Source: Bacteroidota bacterium (GTDB lineage: Bacteria; Bacteroidota; Bacteroidia; Flavobacteriales_D; Crocinitomicaceae). From it: a DNA stretch of 64,000 nt. Position numbers and translations under genes: made by a program. Shown piece after piece: positions 1 to 10,278 of the stretch. The stretch's first letter is position 1. Every line of letters begins with the position of its first letter. The notes beneath the pieces are model-generated. The model was not told where the DNA came from. It saw only the letters and a program-made list of their open reading frames with translations, and ran no database searches. The stretch covers positions 8,090-72,089 of the forward strand of contig JAJRQQ010000025.1 of NCBI GenBank assembly GCA_024280155.1. The letters are read 5' to 3'.

Positions 1-2
1 AA

Positions 3-476
3 TCATATAATGAAAACCTGATTCAAGGTAGAAATGTCCTTGCTAATCAGTGGGGGGGAGTAATAATGAAAATCATTTTCAACTTCTTCAGCGAAGAATA
101 AAGTATAAGAACATAAAACAAAATAAGTAACAAAAGACACTTGTTGAAAATCAACATCAGAAAATTCGTATTGAGAAGAATCATCCGTCACATCTACAAC
201 AATTGTTTCATTGTAACAACATTTTGATTGATCAACAGAACTGTCTTTATGGCAATCTTCGATAACTTCAATTGTTTCTTGGCAACATTCGTCAGTTGAG
301 ATAACTACTTTCTTTACTTCAGGCATCATTTCACACTCAGCCGTACCAAAAAGTTGTACTTTTTCAACTTTACCTTTGCAATAGTGAACATCCATACTGA
401 AACCTACTGATGAGAAAAACATCAGAAAAGCTAGGCTTAATGTAAGGAAACGATATGTTTTGTTCAGTTTTTTCAA
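3..476 (-). CDS. HYC_CC_PP family protein (Cys-rich, N-terminal signal/membrane segment)
   Basis: 157 aa ORF with a hydrophobic N-terminus. It then shows HYC (MDVHYCKGK), two CC pairs (DECCQE, SKCCYN) and a C-terminal PP (YYSPPLI), the ordered motifs that name this Bacteroidota family. TGA stop at 3-5. Confidence 0.6.
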   Translation of the reverse strand: MKKLNKTYRFLTLSLAFLMFFSSVGFSMDVHYCKGKVEKVQLFGTAECEMMPEVKKVVISTDECCQETIEVIEDCHKDSSVDQSKCCYNETIVVDVTDDSSQYEFSDVDFQQVSFVTYFVLCSYTLFFAEEVENDFHYYSPPLISKDISTLNQVFII

Positions 477-567
477 TTGAATTGAATAATTTATCTGATA
501 AAATTACAAAAAATTAGATGAATAGATATATAATAACAAATTTTTAACAGAAGGCAGATTAAATTGA

Positions 568-789
568 TTATTCTCCTTCAACTTCAATTATATTCAAATC
601 GTCATTGTAAACAGTACCTGTTGATATTTGTGGTGTTATATAAAATCCAGAAAAATCATCTATAGTTTCAAATGAACTTTTAAATTCTTTTTTCTCATTA
701 CTCGGAGGCTCAATAGTATCCTTTTTACATGAGGTTAAAAATATTCCGATGTAGAGCATCAATAGAGTTGCTTCAAATACTTTTTTCAT
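568..789 (-). CDS. small lipoprotein, unknown function
   Basis: 73 aa; MKK start and a hydrophobic stretch ending in lipobox-like LTSC. Confidence 0.4.
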   Translation of the reverse strand: MKKVFEATLLMLYIGIFLTSCKKDTIEPPSNEKKEFKSSFETIDDFSGFYITPQISTGTVYNDDLNIIEVEGE

Positions 790-836
790 AGGTAATGACT
801 AATTATTTATGAACAATTATTAAAAAACTATCTTTA

Positions 837-3206
837 CTACATTTTAACTACTTTAAAGACTTTAGTTTGTCCGTTTTTTGTGACATTTAATAGGTAACTG
901 CCTGTTTCAAAGTTTTTTAATGAAATACTCAAAGTCTTGTTATTCATTAAGTGATTTGAATAAATAACTTTTCCAGCTAAATCAATGATTGAAACTCTTA
1001 CATCTTCAAAGTCGCTTAATTCTATGGTTAATAATTCTGAGGTTGGATTTGGATAAATTAATATATTTTTTCCGAAATCAATTTCAGTTAAATTTACAGT
1101 AGAAATATTTACACAGTCAGAAGTTTCAGAACAAATACCTTGGGTTATTATTACAGAATAATCACCGTTGATTATAGGCGTATAACTTTGATTGATTGCT
1201 CCAGGAATCGGTTGCGAATCGCTACAGTCTATCCACTGATAGTTAACACCTGACTGGTCGGCTGTTATCGTTGAACCATTTGTAGTGGTTGTTGAAATTA
1301 TATTTATTATTGTTAAATCTAATGTTACAATGCTATCACAACCATTTATATTTTGTAGGGTATCAGTTGCCGTAGAATTGGAACTGCTATAAGTATTTCC
1401 ATCTATCCAAGTATATTGATTGCATGCTATTTGAGTATCTGTTCCTGCGGATGAATTATTAATCGTTAAGTCTAGTGTTACAATACTATCGCAACCATTT
1501 ACAGCAGCCCCAGAGAAAGTATAAGTTGCCGTAGAATTGGAACTATTATAAGTATTCCCATCTACCCAAGTATAAGAACCACAAGCTATTTGGACATCTG
1601 TTCCTGAAGACGGGGTGTTTATGGTTAGGTTTAATGTTATGATGCTATCACAACCATTTATATTTTGTAGAGTATCAGTTGCCGTGGAGTTGGAACTGTT
1701 ATAAGTATTTCCGTCTATCCATGTATAAGAACCACAAGCAATCTGAACATCATTTGTGTAAATTGTGGTACAAGGAGCGGAAAGTTTAAGAATAAAACCA
1801 TCCCACACACCATTTGATGCCATATATTGAGTACCAGCATTAGGGTCAAAGTCGACAGCTTGCTCAAAAGAACCGACGATATAGCAGTTGCCTGAATCAT
1901 CTAAATCAATAGACCTTACTATATCTGAACCAACACCACCTATGGCTCTTGCCCATATTAAATTACCGTTAGAATCCATTTTGTTCATATAAATATCAAC
2001 ATCACCAAATGATGTTTTATTGTATGTGTTTACGCCTGGGTCGAGGTCAGCTGTTCCTAAAAAATCACCAGCTGTGTATATGTTTTCATTCGTGTCAATG
2101 GCTATACTAAACACATGTAAGTGATTATTACCACCAATATTATTAGCCCAAGAGAAAGTACCATTAGGATCTAATTTTAATATGAAAACGTTACTATAAA
2201 AACCAGCCGCCATGTTGTATGTTGAAGAACTAGGGGCAAAGTCTACTGTCCCACGAAATTCTCCAGTAATAAACACCTCGTTTAAAGAATTTATTGCTAG
2301 AGATTTACCGATATCATCAACGGAAGACCCAATATTCATAGCCCAAACGAAATCCCCATTAATATCAAGCTTTTGAATAAAAGCATCTTTCCCTCCAATT
2401 ACCGATATAGAATATACACCTATTGAAGGGTCAAAATCCACAGTATCACTGAAATCTCCAGTTATATATACATTTTGAGCACTATCGACTTTTAATGAAT
2501 AGCCTTCATCATCAAGTGTGCTACCATAATTAACCGCCCAAGTGAAGTTACCATTGTTGTCTAATTTTAGTACAAAAACATCCATCCCCCCATTTGAAGT
2601 TAAATTGGTAACACCAGTATTTGGATCAAAATCAATAGTCCCTCTATACGTTCCTGTGAGGTATACATTATTTAGGTTATCGGTAGTTACGCTCCTAGCG
2701 TAATCATCACCAATACTACCCGTAAAACTTTTTGCCCATAAAAAACCACCATTAGAGTCAAGTTTTAGGATAAATATATCCATCCCGCCACTTGACGTTA
2801 GGTTGTGAATGCCAACACCAGGATCAAAATCAGCAGTACCTGAAAAATATCCACTGATTAAAACGTCTCCGTTAGAATCGACTGTAATCGACTGTCCGGA
2901 ATTAACCCCTGAACCGCCAATTTGTTTCACCCAAATTTGATTGCCTAATAGGTCAAATTTTTGAATAAAAATATCATGTGTTCCATAGGAAAAAAGATTG
3001 ACAAGTGGTGAATTACTTTCAAAATCAGTATCACCAACAAATAGACCAGTAGAATATACTGCGCCTGAGTTATCTGTTGCAACACCACGAGTCTGCTGGT
3101 CGTACCAACCTTTAACTCGATATGACCATTGATAATTTTGTGAACTTACAATAAATCCATTTACAAGGATTAAGAAAAGAATTAGAATATTATATATTTG
3201 TTTCAT
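837..3206 (-). CDS. secreted SBBP-type beta-propeller repeat protein with T9SS type A C-terminal sorting domain
   Basis: ATG at 3206 gives signal peptide MKQIYNILILFLILVNGFIVSSQ. About nine repeats follow the pattern D--GN-Y-TG-F-GT-DFDP. The C-terminus (ILIYPNPTSELLTIEL...VFKVVKM) looks like a Por/T9SS sorting domain. TAG stop. Confidence 0.8.
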   Translation of the reverse strand: MKQIYNILILFLILVNGFIVSSQNYQWSYRVKGWYDQQTRGVATDNSGAVYSTGLFVGDTDFESNSPLVNLFSYGTHDIFIQKFDLLGNQIWVKQIGGSGVNSGQSITVDSNGDVLISGYFSGTADFDPGVGIHNLTSSGGMDIFILKLDSNGGFLWAKSFTGSIGDDYARSVTTDNLNNVYLTGTYRGTIDFDPNTGVTNLTSNGGMDVFVLKLDNNGNFTWAVNYGSTLDDEGYSLKVDSAQNVYITGDFSDTVDFDPSIGVYSISVIGGKDAFIQKLDINGDFVWAMNIGSSVDDIGKSLAINSLNEVFITGEFRGTVDFAPSSSTYNMAAGFYSNVFILKLDPNGTFSWANNIGGNNHLHVFSIAIDTNENIYTAGDFLGTADLDPGVNTYNKTSFGDVDIYMNKMDSNGNLIWARAIGGVGSDIVRSIDLDDSGNCYIVGSFEQAVDFDPNAGTQYMASNGVWDGFILKLSAPCTTIYTNDVQIACGSYTWIDGNTYNSSNSTATDTLQNINGCDSIITLNLTINTPSSGTDVQIACGSYTWVDGNTYNSSNSTATYTFSGAAVNGCDSIVTLDLTINNSSAGTDTQIACNQYTWIDGNTYSSSNSTATDTLQNINGCDSIVTLDLTIINIISTTTTNGSTITADQSGVNYQWIDCSDSQPIPGAINQSYTPIINGDYSVIITQGICSETSDCVNISTVNLTEIDFGKNILIYPNPTSELLTIELSDFEDVRVSIIDLAGKVIYSNHLMNNKTLSISLKNFETGSYLLNVTKNGQTKVFKVVKM
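1305..1751 (-). repeat. three tandem ~51-53 aa Cys-containing modules, repeated at nucleotide level inside the 837-3206 gene
   Basis: aa 499-647 read D(V/T)QIAC(GS/NQ)YTW(I/V)DGNTY(N/S)SSNSTAT...NGCDSI(I/V)TL(N/D)LTI three times. The underlying DNA blocks are visibly near-identical, e.g. ccgtagaattggaact...ataagtatt. Confidence 0.85.
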
Positions 3207-3254
3207 AAATTGATTTTTTAATATTTTGAATACATTCGACACCAAATATAAGGA

Positions 3255-6200
3255 TTATTTTAGTAGCACTACGTGTCCTGTATATCGATGTTCTAAGTTA
3301 TTGATGTCATCGAATTCAATTCCCCAAGTATATACTCCTGTTTGAACATTCTTCCCTTTATAAGTGCCATCCCACCCTAAATTAATATCGTATGACTCAA
3401 AGATTAACTCTCCCCATCGATTATATATTGACAAATGATAACTGAAAGTATTAAAACCAGATGTAAATATAGGGAGGAAAACATTATTGAGATCATCACC
3501 ATCAGGCGTAAATGCATTAGGCACATAGAAAATTAATTCTTCCTCTAATTGAATACTTGCCCATGCAGTATCAATGCAGAATTCATTTTCAACAATCAAT
3601 TGAACATAGAATTCTCCTTCTTGATAATAAGTGTGGGCTGGGTTTTGAGCAGTCGAAAAAGTACTGTCTCCAAAAGACCAATACCATTCATTAGCATTTA
3701 TTGATTGATCTTCAAACAAACTTCATCTCCTAGGTGAATATCTGTAGGGGAGTATGTAAAAGCAGCAATTGGTTCAGGGTGAACTGTAACGTATACTTGA
3801 TTTGAAAAAGTTTCTTGGCAGCCTGATGTTGTTGTTACCTGAAGAGTTATGTCGTAGAAGTCACTTGTATAATACAAATGAGAAGGGTTTTGTAGCGTAG
3901 AATAATCTCCATCTCCGAAAGACCAATGCCAAGAATTTATTGAGTCAATAGGGGTAGAGGATAAATCATTGAAATTAACCAATACAGGAGGGCAACCAAT
4001 TGTGTCACTAACAGAAAACAAAGCATCAGGAAGATAATACTGAATTTCAATTGTATCGTAAGCTGAACAAATACCATCATTAACAATGACACTATAAATA
4101 CCGTCAATGTGTGCTGTTATATTTTGTGTAATTTCTCCCGTTGACCACTGATAATTTGCTCCAGAGTTTTGTGCGTCTAGAACAAGTAAATGATTTTGGC
4201 AAAGCAAAGTGTCACCTGGTAATAATACTGTTAGACTATCTTTAAATATTTCAATGGTGTCGGTGTAGGTACAAATTCCGGAAGAAACTTCAACCCAATA
4301 AATGCCAGGAGTCGTAACATTGTTTGTTTGATTTGTAGTACCGTCTGACCAAAGATAATTTAACCCTGTATTCTGAGCATTAAGAAGAACGTTTGAATCA
4401 CAAGTTGTAATATCTGGACCTAGACCAACGAATGGTGTTTCAATAATAACATTAATTGTATCACTCATTGAACATGCTCCATTGTCAACCTCAACAGTAT
4501 AAATACCTGTAGAACTAACTGTTAATGTTTGATTTGTAGAACCATCTTGCCAAGTATAACTAAGTCCTACATTCAAAGCATCTAATATGATTGTGCCTGA
4601 ACATAATAAAGTATCATTTCCTAAATCTACAGTTGGAACTGAATGAACGGTTATAGATAAGTAAGCAGTATCACTTAAAACACAAGATGTACTATCATAA
4701 GCAATTAATCTAACATTGTAAGTGCCAGGGGTTGTATATGTATGAGTTGGCTCAAATAGATTAGAAATTGGTGATCCATCACCAAAATCCCATTCATAAT
4801 TTGTTCCATTACTATTATTTATAAAAGAAGTATTGAAAGGTGCACAGCCGATATTAGAGGGAGTAACATTTGATAATGCGTTTAAAACACCTGTTTGGAA
4901 ATCAATCTTAAAAACACCGATGTCCCACCCTGTAAATGTTGAAGAATATGCACCTGGTGTGGTGTTAAATGAACTATTTGTACAAACTGCTTGGTAAATT
5001 ATGCCCTTCGGATCAAATCTACTCGTTCCACCATCTACGTGCTGGCCACCATAATATGTTGCATAGTTTAAAGCTGTAAAGTCGGGCTCATAAACGGATA
5101 CATAAAACCCACCACTTGTTTGTAAAGCTCCAGTAGAGATTGTTAAATTGTTTTCTGCGGAATGTCCTGAGGTATAAATATAACCGCAATTATCAACCAT
5201 AAAAGCAATAGGAACAAAAGGTATTGAAGAGGTTCCATCACCAATGACACTAGACAAGTGAATATTTGTTAATGTATTGTCCATTTTAGTTATAAAAGCA
5301 GCTGAATTAGGATTTGAATAAACACCAGTTGATACAGGAGAAGTACCTCCATCTGATAAACCATAAATGTAAACATTATCTAAATCGTCAAGGTCGACAA
5401 AAAATGCTTCATCATTTGCCGGTGTACCCCAATATGTACTCGATAAAATAGAAGAACAATTAGAATTGAATTTGATTACAAAAGCATCATTGTTGCCTTG
5501 AAATGTAGTTTGGTAACCAGTAGCAGTTATAAATTGATTATTGGTTGCACCACAGACATATATCTCACCACCTGTACCTATTTTCAATCCGAATGCTACT
5601 TCATCCCCAGTACTTCCTATGTATGTGGACCAATTCAATGTTGATAAATCGGAAGACATTGAGAAAACGACACCATCTAATAATCCCCCATAGCTATTTT
5701 GATAAGCACCTGCTGTTGTTGGAAAATCATTAGAACGAGTAAAAGAAGTTACATAACAATTTCCTAAATTATCTAAAATAATTTCTCCTCTATATTTATC
5801 TCCATAATTTAAAGTTAAATTGTTAATTCCATCAGTGTAGCTTCCCCCAATATAAGTAGAGCCAATTAAACTACTTCCACTTGAATTTAAGTGTGTTATT
5901 ACAATATCGTCATAACTTCCCGAATTGTGCGAGTTGTTATAGGCAGTTACTGTTGTGGGGTAATCAATAGAGCGAGAAGTGCCATAAATGAACAACTCTT
6001 CATTATCATTCACAATTAAACTGTGTGGTCGATCTTGTATCCCACCACCTATATATGAAGAATAAATTAAAGTTGAACCGTCAGGAGAGAACTTACTAAT
6101 AGCAATATTTGTTGTTAATGCAGTGAATGTTGTTTGAAAAGCTCCTATTGTTGTAGGATAACCATTTCCATAAGCTACTGCTCCAGTGTATATGTTCCCA

Positions 6201-7008
6201 CTATTGTCATATGTTGCTGTATGTCCGAAGCTATGAGATGTACTTCCAGACAATGTCGCAGCAACAAGAATAGGGTCAATTATAAGCTCATAGTTTGTGT
6301 CATAGCCTTCAGGAAATTCAAAAGAGAGACTATTTTTCTTTAAAACATAATTACATTTCACCTCCTTTTTTAGTCCATTTATAATTTGATATGAATAGGG
6401 GGAAAGTTCGGTGAAAAAGCCGATAGAGGTTGAAAGAATGAGATTCCCTTCTTTAATTTTCATTTTGTCTATCCCTTTGTATTCTAGCACTATTAGCGAA
6501 GGGTTAATGTTTGGGGCTACAATAAAGTCATATTTAAAATTCCCTTTACTACTATATACATTAAGGTCTATTCCATTGTAAAGATTGTTGTATTCAATAG
6601 AATTGAAAGCAGATACATTACCTGCCCACTTTACTGAATCGTTACCAATGAAATAGTTGTACTTTTCAGTTCTCACGTTTTCGCCTCTTATTACTGGATT
6701 TGAATTTGCGTTTTTGAATAAAATTTTCCATGAATGACCATGAAAGTTAAACTCTTCCATATTCTCATTGTTCTCGTGCTTCAAATTATGGTGCTTATCA
6801 AAGTCTTCTGATAAGAATTGAAGAAAAGTAAAAGCGTTTCGTTCTAAAAAACATCTCCATGTCCTAATTTTGTTTTGTAAATCACGTTGCTATCCCATTG
6901 TCCTTTATTTTCTTGGTATATTAATGAAATGATTTTCTCATTCTTTATATGTTGGTTAAAAGAAATTAAAGGAATGATAACTGCTAAAAGTGTAATTATG
7001 AATCTCAT
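3255..7008 (-). pseudogene. giant SBBP/PKD adhesin with T9SS type B (gliding-associated) C-terminal domain, split by two 1-nt frameshifts
   Basis: Three collinear minus-strand pieces: 6846-7008 (signal peptide MRFIITLLAVIIPLISF...GHGDVF, too short for the ORF track), 3698-6784 and 3255-3719. One extra T in the coding T6 run (plus-strand A run 6846-6851) joins GHGDVF to LERNAFTF. One extra T at coding TGTTTG (plus 3714-3716) joins GDEVC to FEDQSINANEWYWSFGDS, a PKD domain. The C-terminus FYVPNAFTPDGDDLNNVF...GHVVLLK is type B CTD-like. Confidence 0.75.
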
Positions 7009-7012
7009 GTTT

Positions 7013-8457
7013 TTATAATTTATACATTAATCCTAGACCAAGATTAAATGTTTGAATTCTTCTATCTAAATTAGTTTCATTGAATACATTTGAAGAATAC
7101 GGAGAGAATCCAAATGATGAGTTTATATAAAAATTATTAATCATGTTATAGCTTACATTAGCTCTAAAATAATATGATAAATATGATTTTTTAAATTGAG
7201 TATTGTTTGCCATGTTTATTAACTCAAAAGAATTATTAGAATAATAGCCACCATTAACATCATACAGTCTGTTATAATTAACTGAAAATACTAAATTGAA
7301 CATGAATTTTCTGTAATTACTATTATATCCAATGTTGAGTGGAATCGTAAAATATTTTGCTGTAGTTGTATTATTATGTTTCGTTAAGATTTCATTGGTG
7401 TCAATTGTAGTAATATTATTGTAACTGTATGAGTATACAGAATCAACTATTACTCCCTGTTGATATATATAATAATCAAAAATATAAGTAGAATCTAGGG
7501 TTATTGTTGTATCATAGTCTATACTTGAAGTTTGGAAGTTATAATTAAACTTTTGTTGATTTAAACCTACCCCAGTCCCAATAATGAATTTGTTCTTAAT
7601 AAGGAGATTAGCATTAAACCGATAATCAATGGTCATTTTTTCACTTGTATTATCTGAGTAAAAATCAGGTTCATCTCCAGTGTATTTAGCTGAATTAAAT
7701 GAGGCGCCAAGCTCTAAAGATAAAAGCAAATCAAAAAACTTTTTCTTACTTATGCTATTTTGGATTAATTTATCATTGTTGTTATTAGTCAAATATAAGC
7801 TATCATTGTTTTTTGATTTAGGTTCCAACAATTCCACATCTATACTATCATTGGTAGATTTAGAAATTAGGTTATTTTTTTTATCAGAATTAATAATGCT
7901 AAAATTTTGTTGTACATTAGAACCTTTTATATACGGATTCTCAATAATAGGGAGGTTTTTTGGGGTATTTGTTTGATTAATGCTAATACGATTGAAATGA
8001 TTGACTTTGTTTAGTTTTTTTAGGTTTATTTTGTTAGTGGTTGTGGTTGAATTTAATTCAACATTTTTCATTAAATTAATAGTCTGATCAGGTGCAATCT
8101 TTATTTGCTTTTTATTAGAGTTTAAAATAACTTCATTTTGTGTTTTTTCTTTTGAAAATTTTTGTATTTCATTCTCGTGCTTATTAATTGTATTTAAAGA
8201 ATTATCAATTTCTTTAGTCACTGCTGTTTTTAAAGCATGACTTTCGTTAGAACGAGTGTTTAAATTAAAGTAAAGAAAAGTGCATACAAGTAATACAGTA
8301 ATAGCACCAAATGATGAAAACCAAATGAAAAATAATCTTTTTTGCGTTTAGCTAATCTTTTATCAAGATCAATCAAGTATGAATCTGGAATCGGAAATTG
8401 TTGATTCGCGAGTGCTTTATTAAATAGCTTGTCTATTTTTTTATCCTCTGTATTCAT
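7013..8457 (-). pseudogene. sigma-adjacent membrane-anchored protein (anti-sigma-like N-terminus, one TM helix, C-terminal OM beta-barrel-like domain), 1-nt frameshift
   Basis: ORFs 8260-8457 and 7013-8221 are collinear. One extra A in the coding A6 run (plus T run 8338-8343) reads ...RLAKRKKRLFFIWFSSFGAITVLLVCTFLYFNLNTRSNESHALKTAVTKEIDNS, a clean TM helix running into the 402 aa ORF. The C-terminal ~200 aa has alternating Y/F/N beta-strand character. The gene overlaps the sigma gene stop. Confidence 0.6.
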
Positions 8458-9013
8458 ACTCTTTCCTTTTATTAATTTGTTCTTTCAATTGTTTTCTAGC
8501 TACTTTTAAATGCCACTTAACTGTTTCTATGGAAATTTTCAGTGTTTTACTTACTTCTTTATACGTAACATCTCCTTCAATAACATACATGTCAAAAACA
8601 ATCCTTGTGGCGCTAGGTAATTTATGTATCAATTCTAATATTTCTTTTTCATCGATCCATTCAACATTGTTTACATGTCCATCATCGGTCAATGTTGTAA
8701 TTTCTGTATCGTACTTGTCAAAATTCATAAAGTTTTTATACTTTTTTTCTTTACTAATAAAGTTGATAATTTCATTATATGTAATTCTACCTATCCATGC
8801 TAAATAATTAGTACCAACTCTAAAACTACTGATGTTATCAATGATTTTTATAAAACTATTATTAACTACAGACATTTTTTCTTCTTCATTCTTAAAATAC
8901 CGAACAGTAAGCCCCATCATTTTATTGAATGAATATTCATATAACTGAAGAATAGTTCTTCGGTCATTTTTTTTAATAGCCTTTATGATTTCCTCGTCGA
9001 TAAGCATTAACAT
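8441..9013 (-). CDS. RNA polymerase sigma-70 family (ECF-type) sigma factor
   Basis: 190 aa. Region 2-like YLAWIGRITYNEIINF and region 4 HTH YKEVSKTLKISIETVKWHLKVARKQL. Confidence 0.85.
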   Translation of the reverse strand: MLMLIDEEIIKAIKKNDRRTILQLYEYSFNKMMGLTVRYFKNEEEKMSVVNNSFIKIIDNISSFRVGTNYLAWIGRITYNEIINFISKEKKYKNFMNFDKYDTEITTLTDDGHVNNVEWIDEKEILELIHKLPSATRIVFDMYVIEGDVTYKEVSKTLKISIETVKWHLKVARKQLKEQINKRKEYEYRG

Positions 9014-9056
9014 AAATCTTTCAGAATTTTTTTTAAAAAAAAATTCTGAAAGATTT
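9014..9056. repeat. 43 nt near-perfect palindrome (hairpin) abutting the sigma factor start codon
   Basis: aaatctttcagaa-T8/A9-ttctgaaagattt gives 13 bp GC-poor arms plus an A/T extension. It lies between the stop of 9062-9676 and the ATG at 9013. Confidence 0.7.
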
Positions 9057-9061
9057 TTAAT

Positions 9062-9676
9062 TTATTGTTTGATAATTTTATGGTTGGAATATAAGCCTTT
9101 TGCTGTAACAATTTTAACAAAATAAATACCTTTCTCAAGATTTGATGTGTTAATTTGAATTTTTGAAGAAAAATATCTTCTCTTATGTAGGATTTTTGAA
9201 TTGATGTCTAATACTTCAATTTCTATACCTTGTATATTTTTATCAATTTCAATAGTAATATTATCTTTAAAAGGATTTGGGAAGATATTCGATTCAAAAT
9301 TAATTAGACTATTTAAACTTGCAGTTGAGTCTATTATAGCTCCATTAGAAATCAAGATGTTTTGGCAACTTGAACATTGAACCTGTTGCCCTTGTATAAA
9401 AGTTGTAATTGTTAAACAAACTGTGTATGCCCCTGTGTCTGCATAAGTGTAAGAAGGATTGGTTACATTTGAAGATGTTCCATCACCAAAATCCCATGAA
9501 TAGACTTGAGCAAATTGATCTTGAGGCGTGAAACTTACAGTTAACCCTGTTGAATCGGTAGAAAAAGAAAATATTGAATCACATTGTGCTTTCGACATTG
9601 ACGATATTAATAATATTGTTCCAAACAAATAATAATGTTTTGAAATTTTTTTTAACGATTGTAATACTTTTTTCAT
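9062..9676 (-). CDS. PKD-domain protein with T9SS type A C-terminal sorting domain
   Basis: Signal peptide; PKD signature YSWDFGDGTSSNVTNPSYTYADTGAYTVCLTI; C-terminus IFPNPFKDNITIEI...GIYFVKIV...KIIKQ. Confidence 0.8.
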   Translation of the reverse strand: MKKVLQSLKKISKHYYLFGTILLISSMSKAQCDSIFSFSTDSTGLTVSFTPQDQFAQVYSWDFGDGTSSNVTNPSYTYADTGAYTVCLTITTFIQGQQVQCSSCQNILISNGAIIDSTASLNSLINFESNIFPNPFKDNITIEIDKNIQGIEIEVLDINSKILHKRRYFSSKIQINTSNLEKGIYFVKIVTAKGLYSNHKIIKQ

Positions 9677-9798
9677 GATTATATTTTTTTATGTTCAATT
9701 ATATAAACGAAATTTTTCTTCTTAATGGGGGGGGAATTATTTATTTTTTTTCTCATCCTATTTTAAATCTCTTATCTTTGTTTGAAAATTTTAGAACA

Positions 9799-10275
9799 AT
9801 GATACAACGCGTACAAACAATCTATTTATCCATTGCTATAATCTTGCTTTCATTTGTCACTTTTGGAACAACTTTTTTTAGTTTTTTAAATGAAACTTCT
9901 CGTTTTTCTTTTAGTTCTTATGGTATTACAGAATACTCAATTTCCAATGGCGAAATTTTAAGTACAACATCATTCCCTTTCTTCATAGGGACAATTGCAC
10001 TGATTCTTTTGTGTTTTTTAACGATTATGTCCTATAAAAGTGTAAATAGACAGTTTAAGTTAGGTCGAATGGTTTTCGGAATTTACTTCTTGATGCTACT
10101 GACCGTTATTCTGATGAGTTATTTGGGAGATGCATTAATAGATACAGAAACAACTTCACGTGAAATGGACTTAGGTTTTATTTTATTTGTCGCTGGATTT
10201 CCTTTTACGTTTCTTGCGAACACAGGAATTAAAAGAGACAAACAATTATTAGAATCATTAGACCGTTTACGTTAG
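9799..10275 (+). CDS. DUF4293-like multi-pass membrane protein
   Basis: The internal ATG at 9799 gives MIQRVQTIYLSIAIILL, the usual start of this family, followed by 4-5 hydrophobic helices. The upstream part of the track ORF is probably not coding. Confidence 0.55.
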   Translation: MIQRVQTIYLSIAIILLSFVTFGTTFFSFLNETSRFSFSSYGITEYSISNGEILSTTSFPFFIGTIALILLCFLTIMSYKSVNRQFKLGRMVFGIYFLMLLTVILMSYLGDALIDTETTSREMDLGFILFVAGFPFTFLANTGIKRDKQLLESLDRLR

Positions 10276-10278
10276 ACA

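Noticed and set aside
6846-6851. Homopolymer tracts as a general phase-variation (contingency locus) mechanism
   Set aside because: The same type of lesion also hits the housekeeping genes ung and a ComB-family phosphatase, and it always acts in the deletion direction. That fits consensus error better than adaptive switching, so the idea is kept only as a minor possibility for the adhesin.
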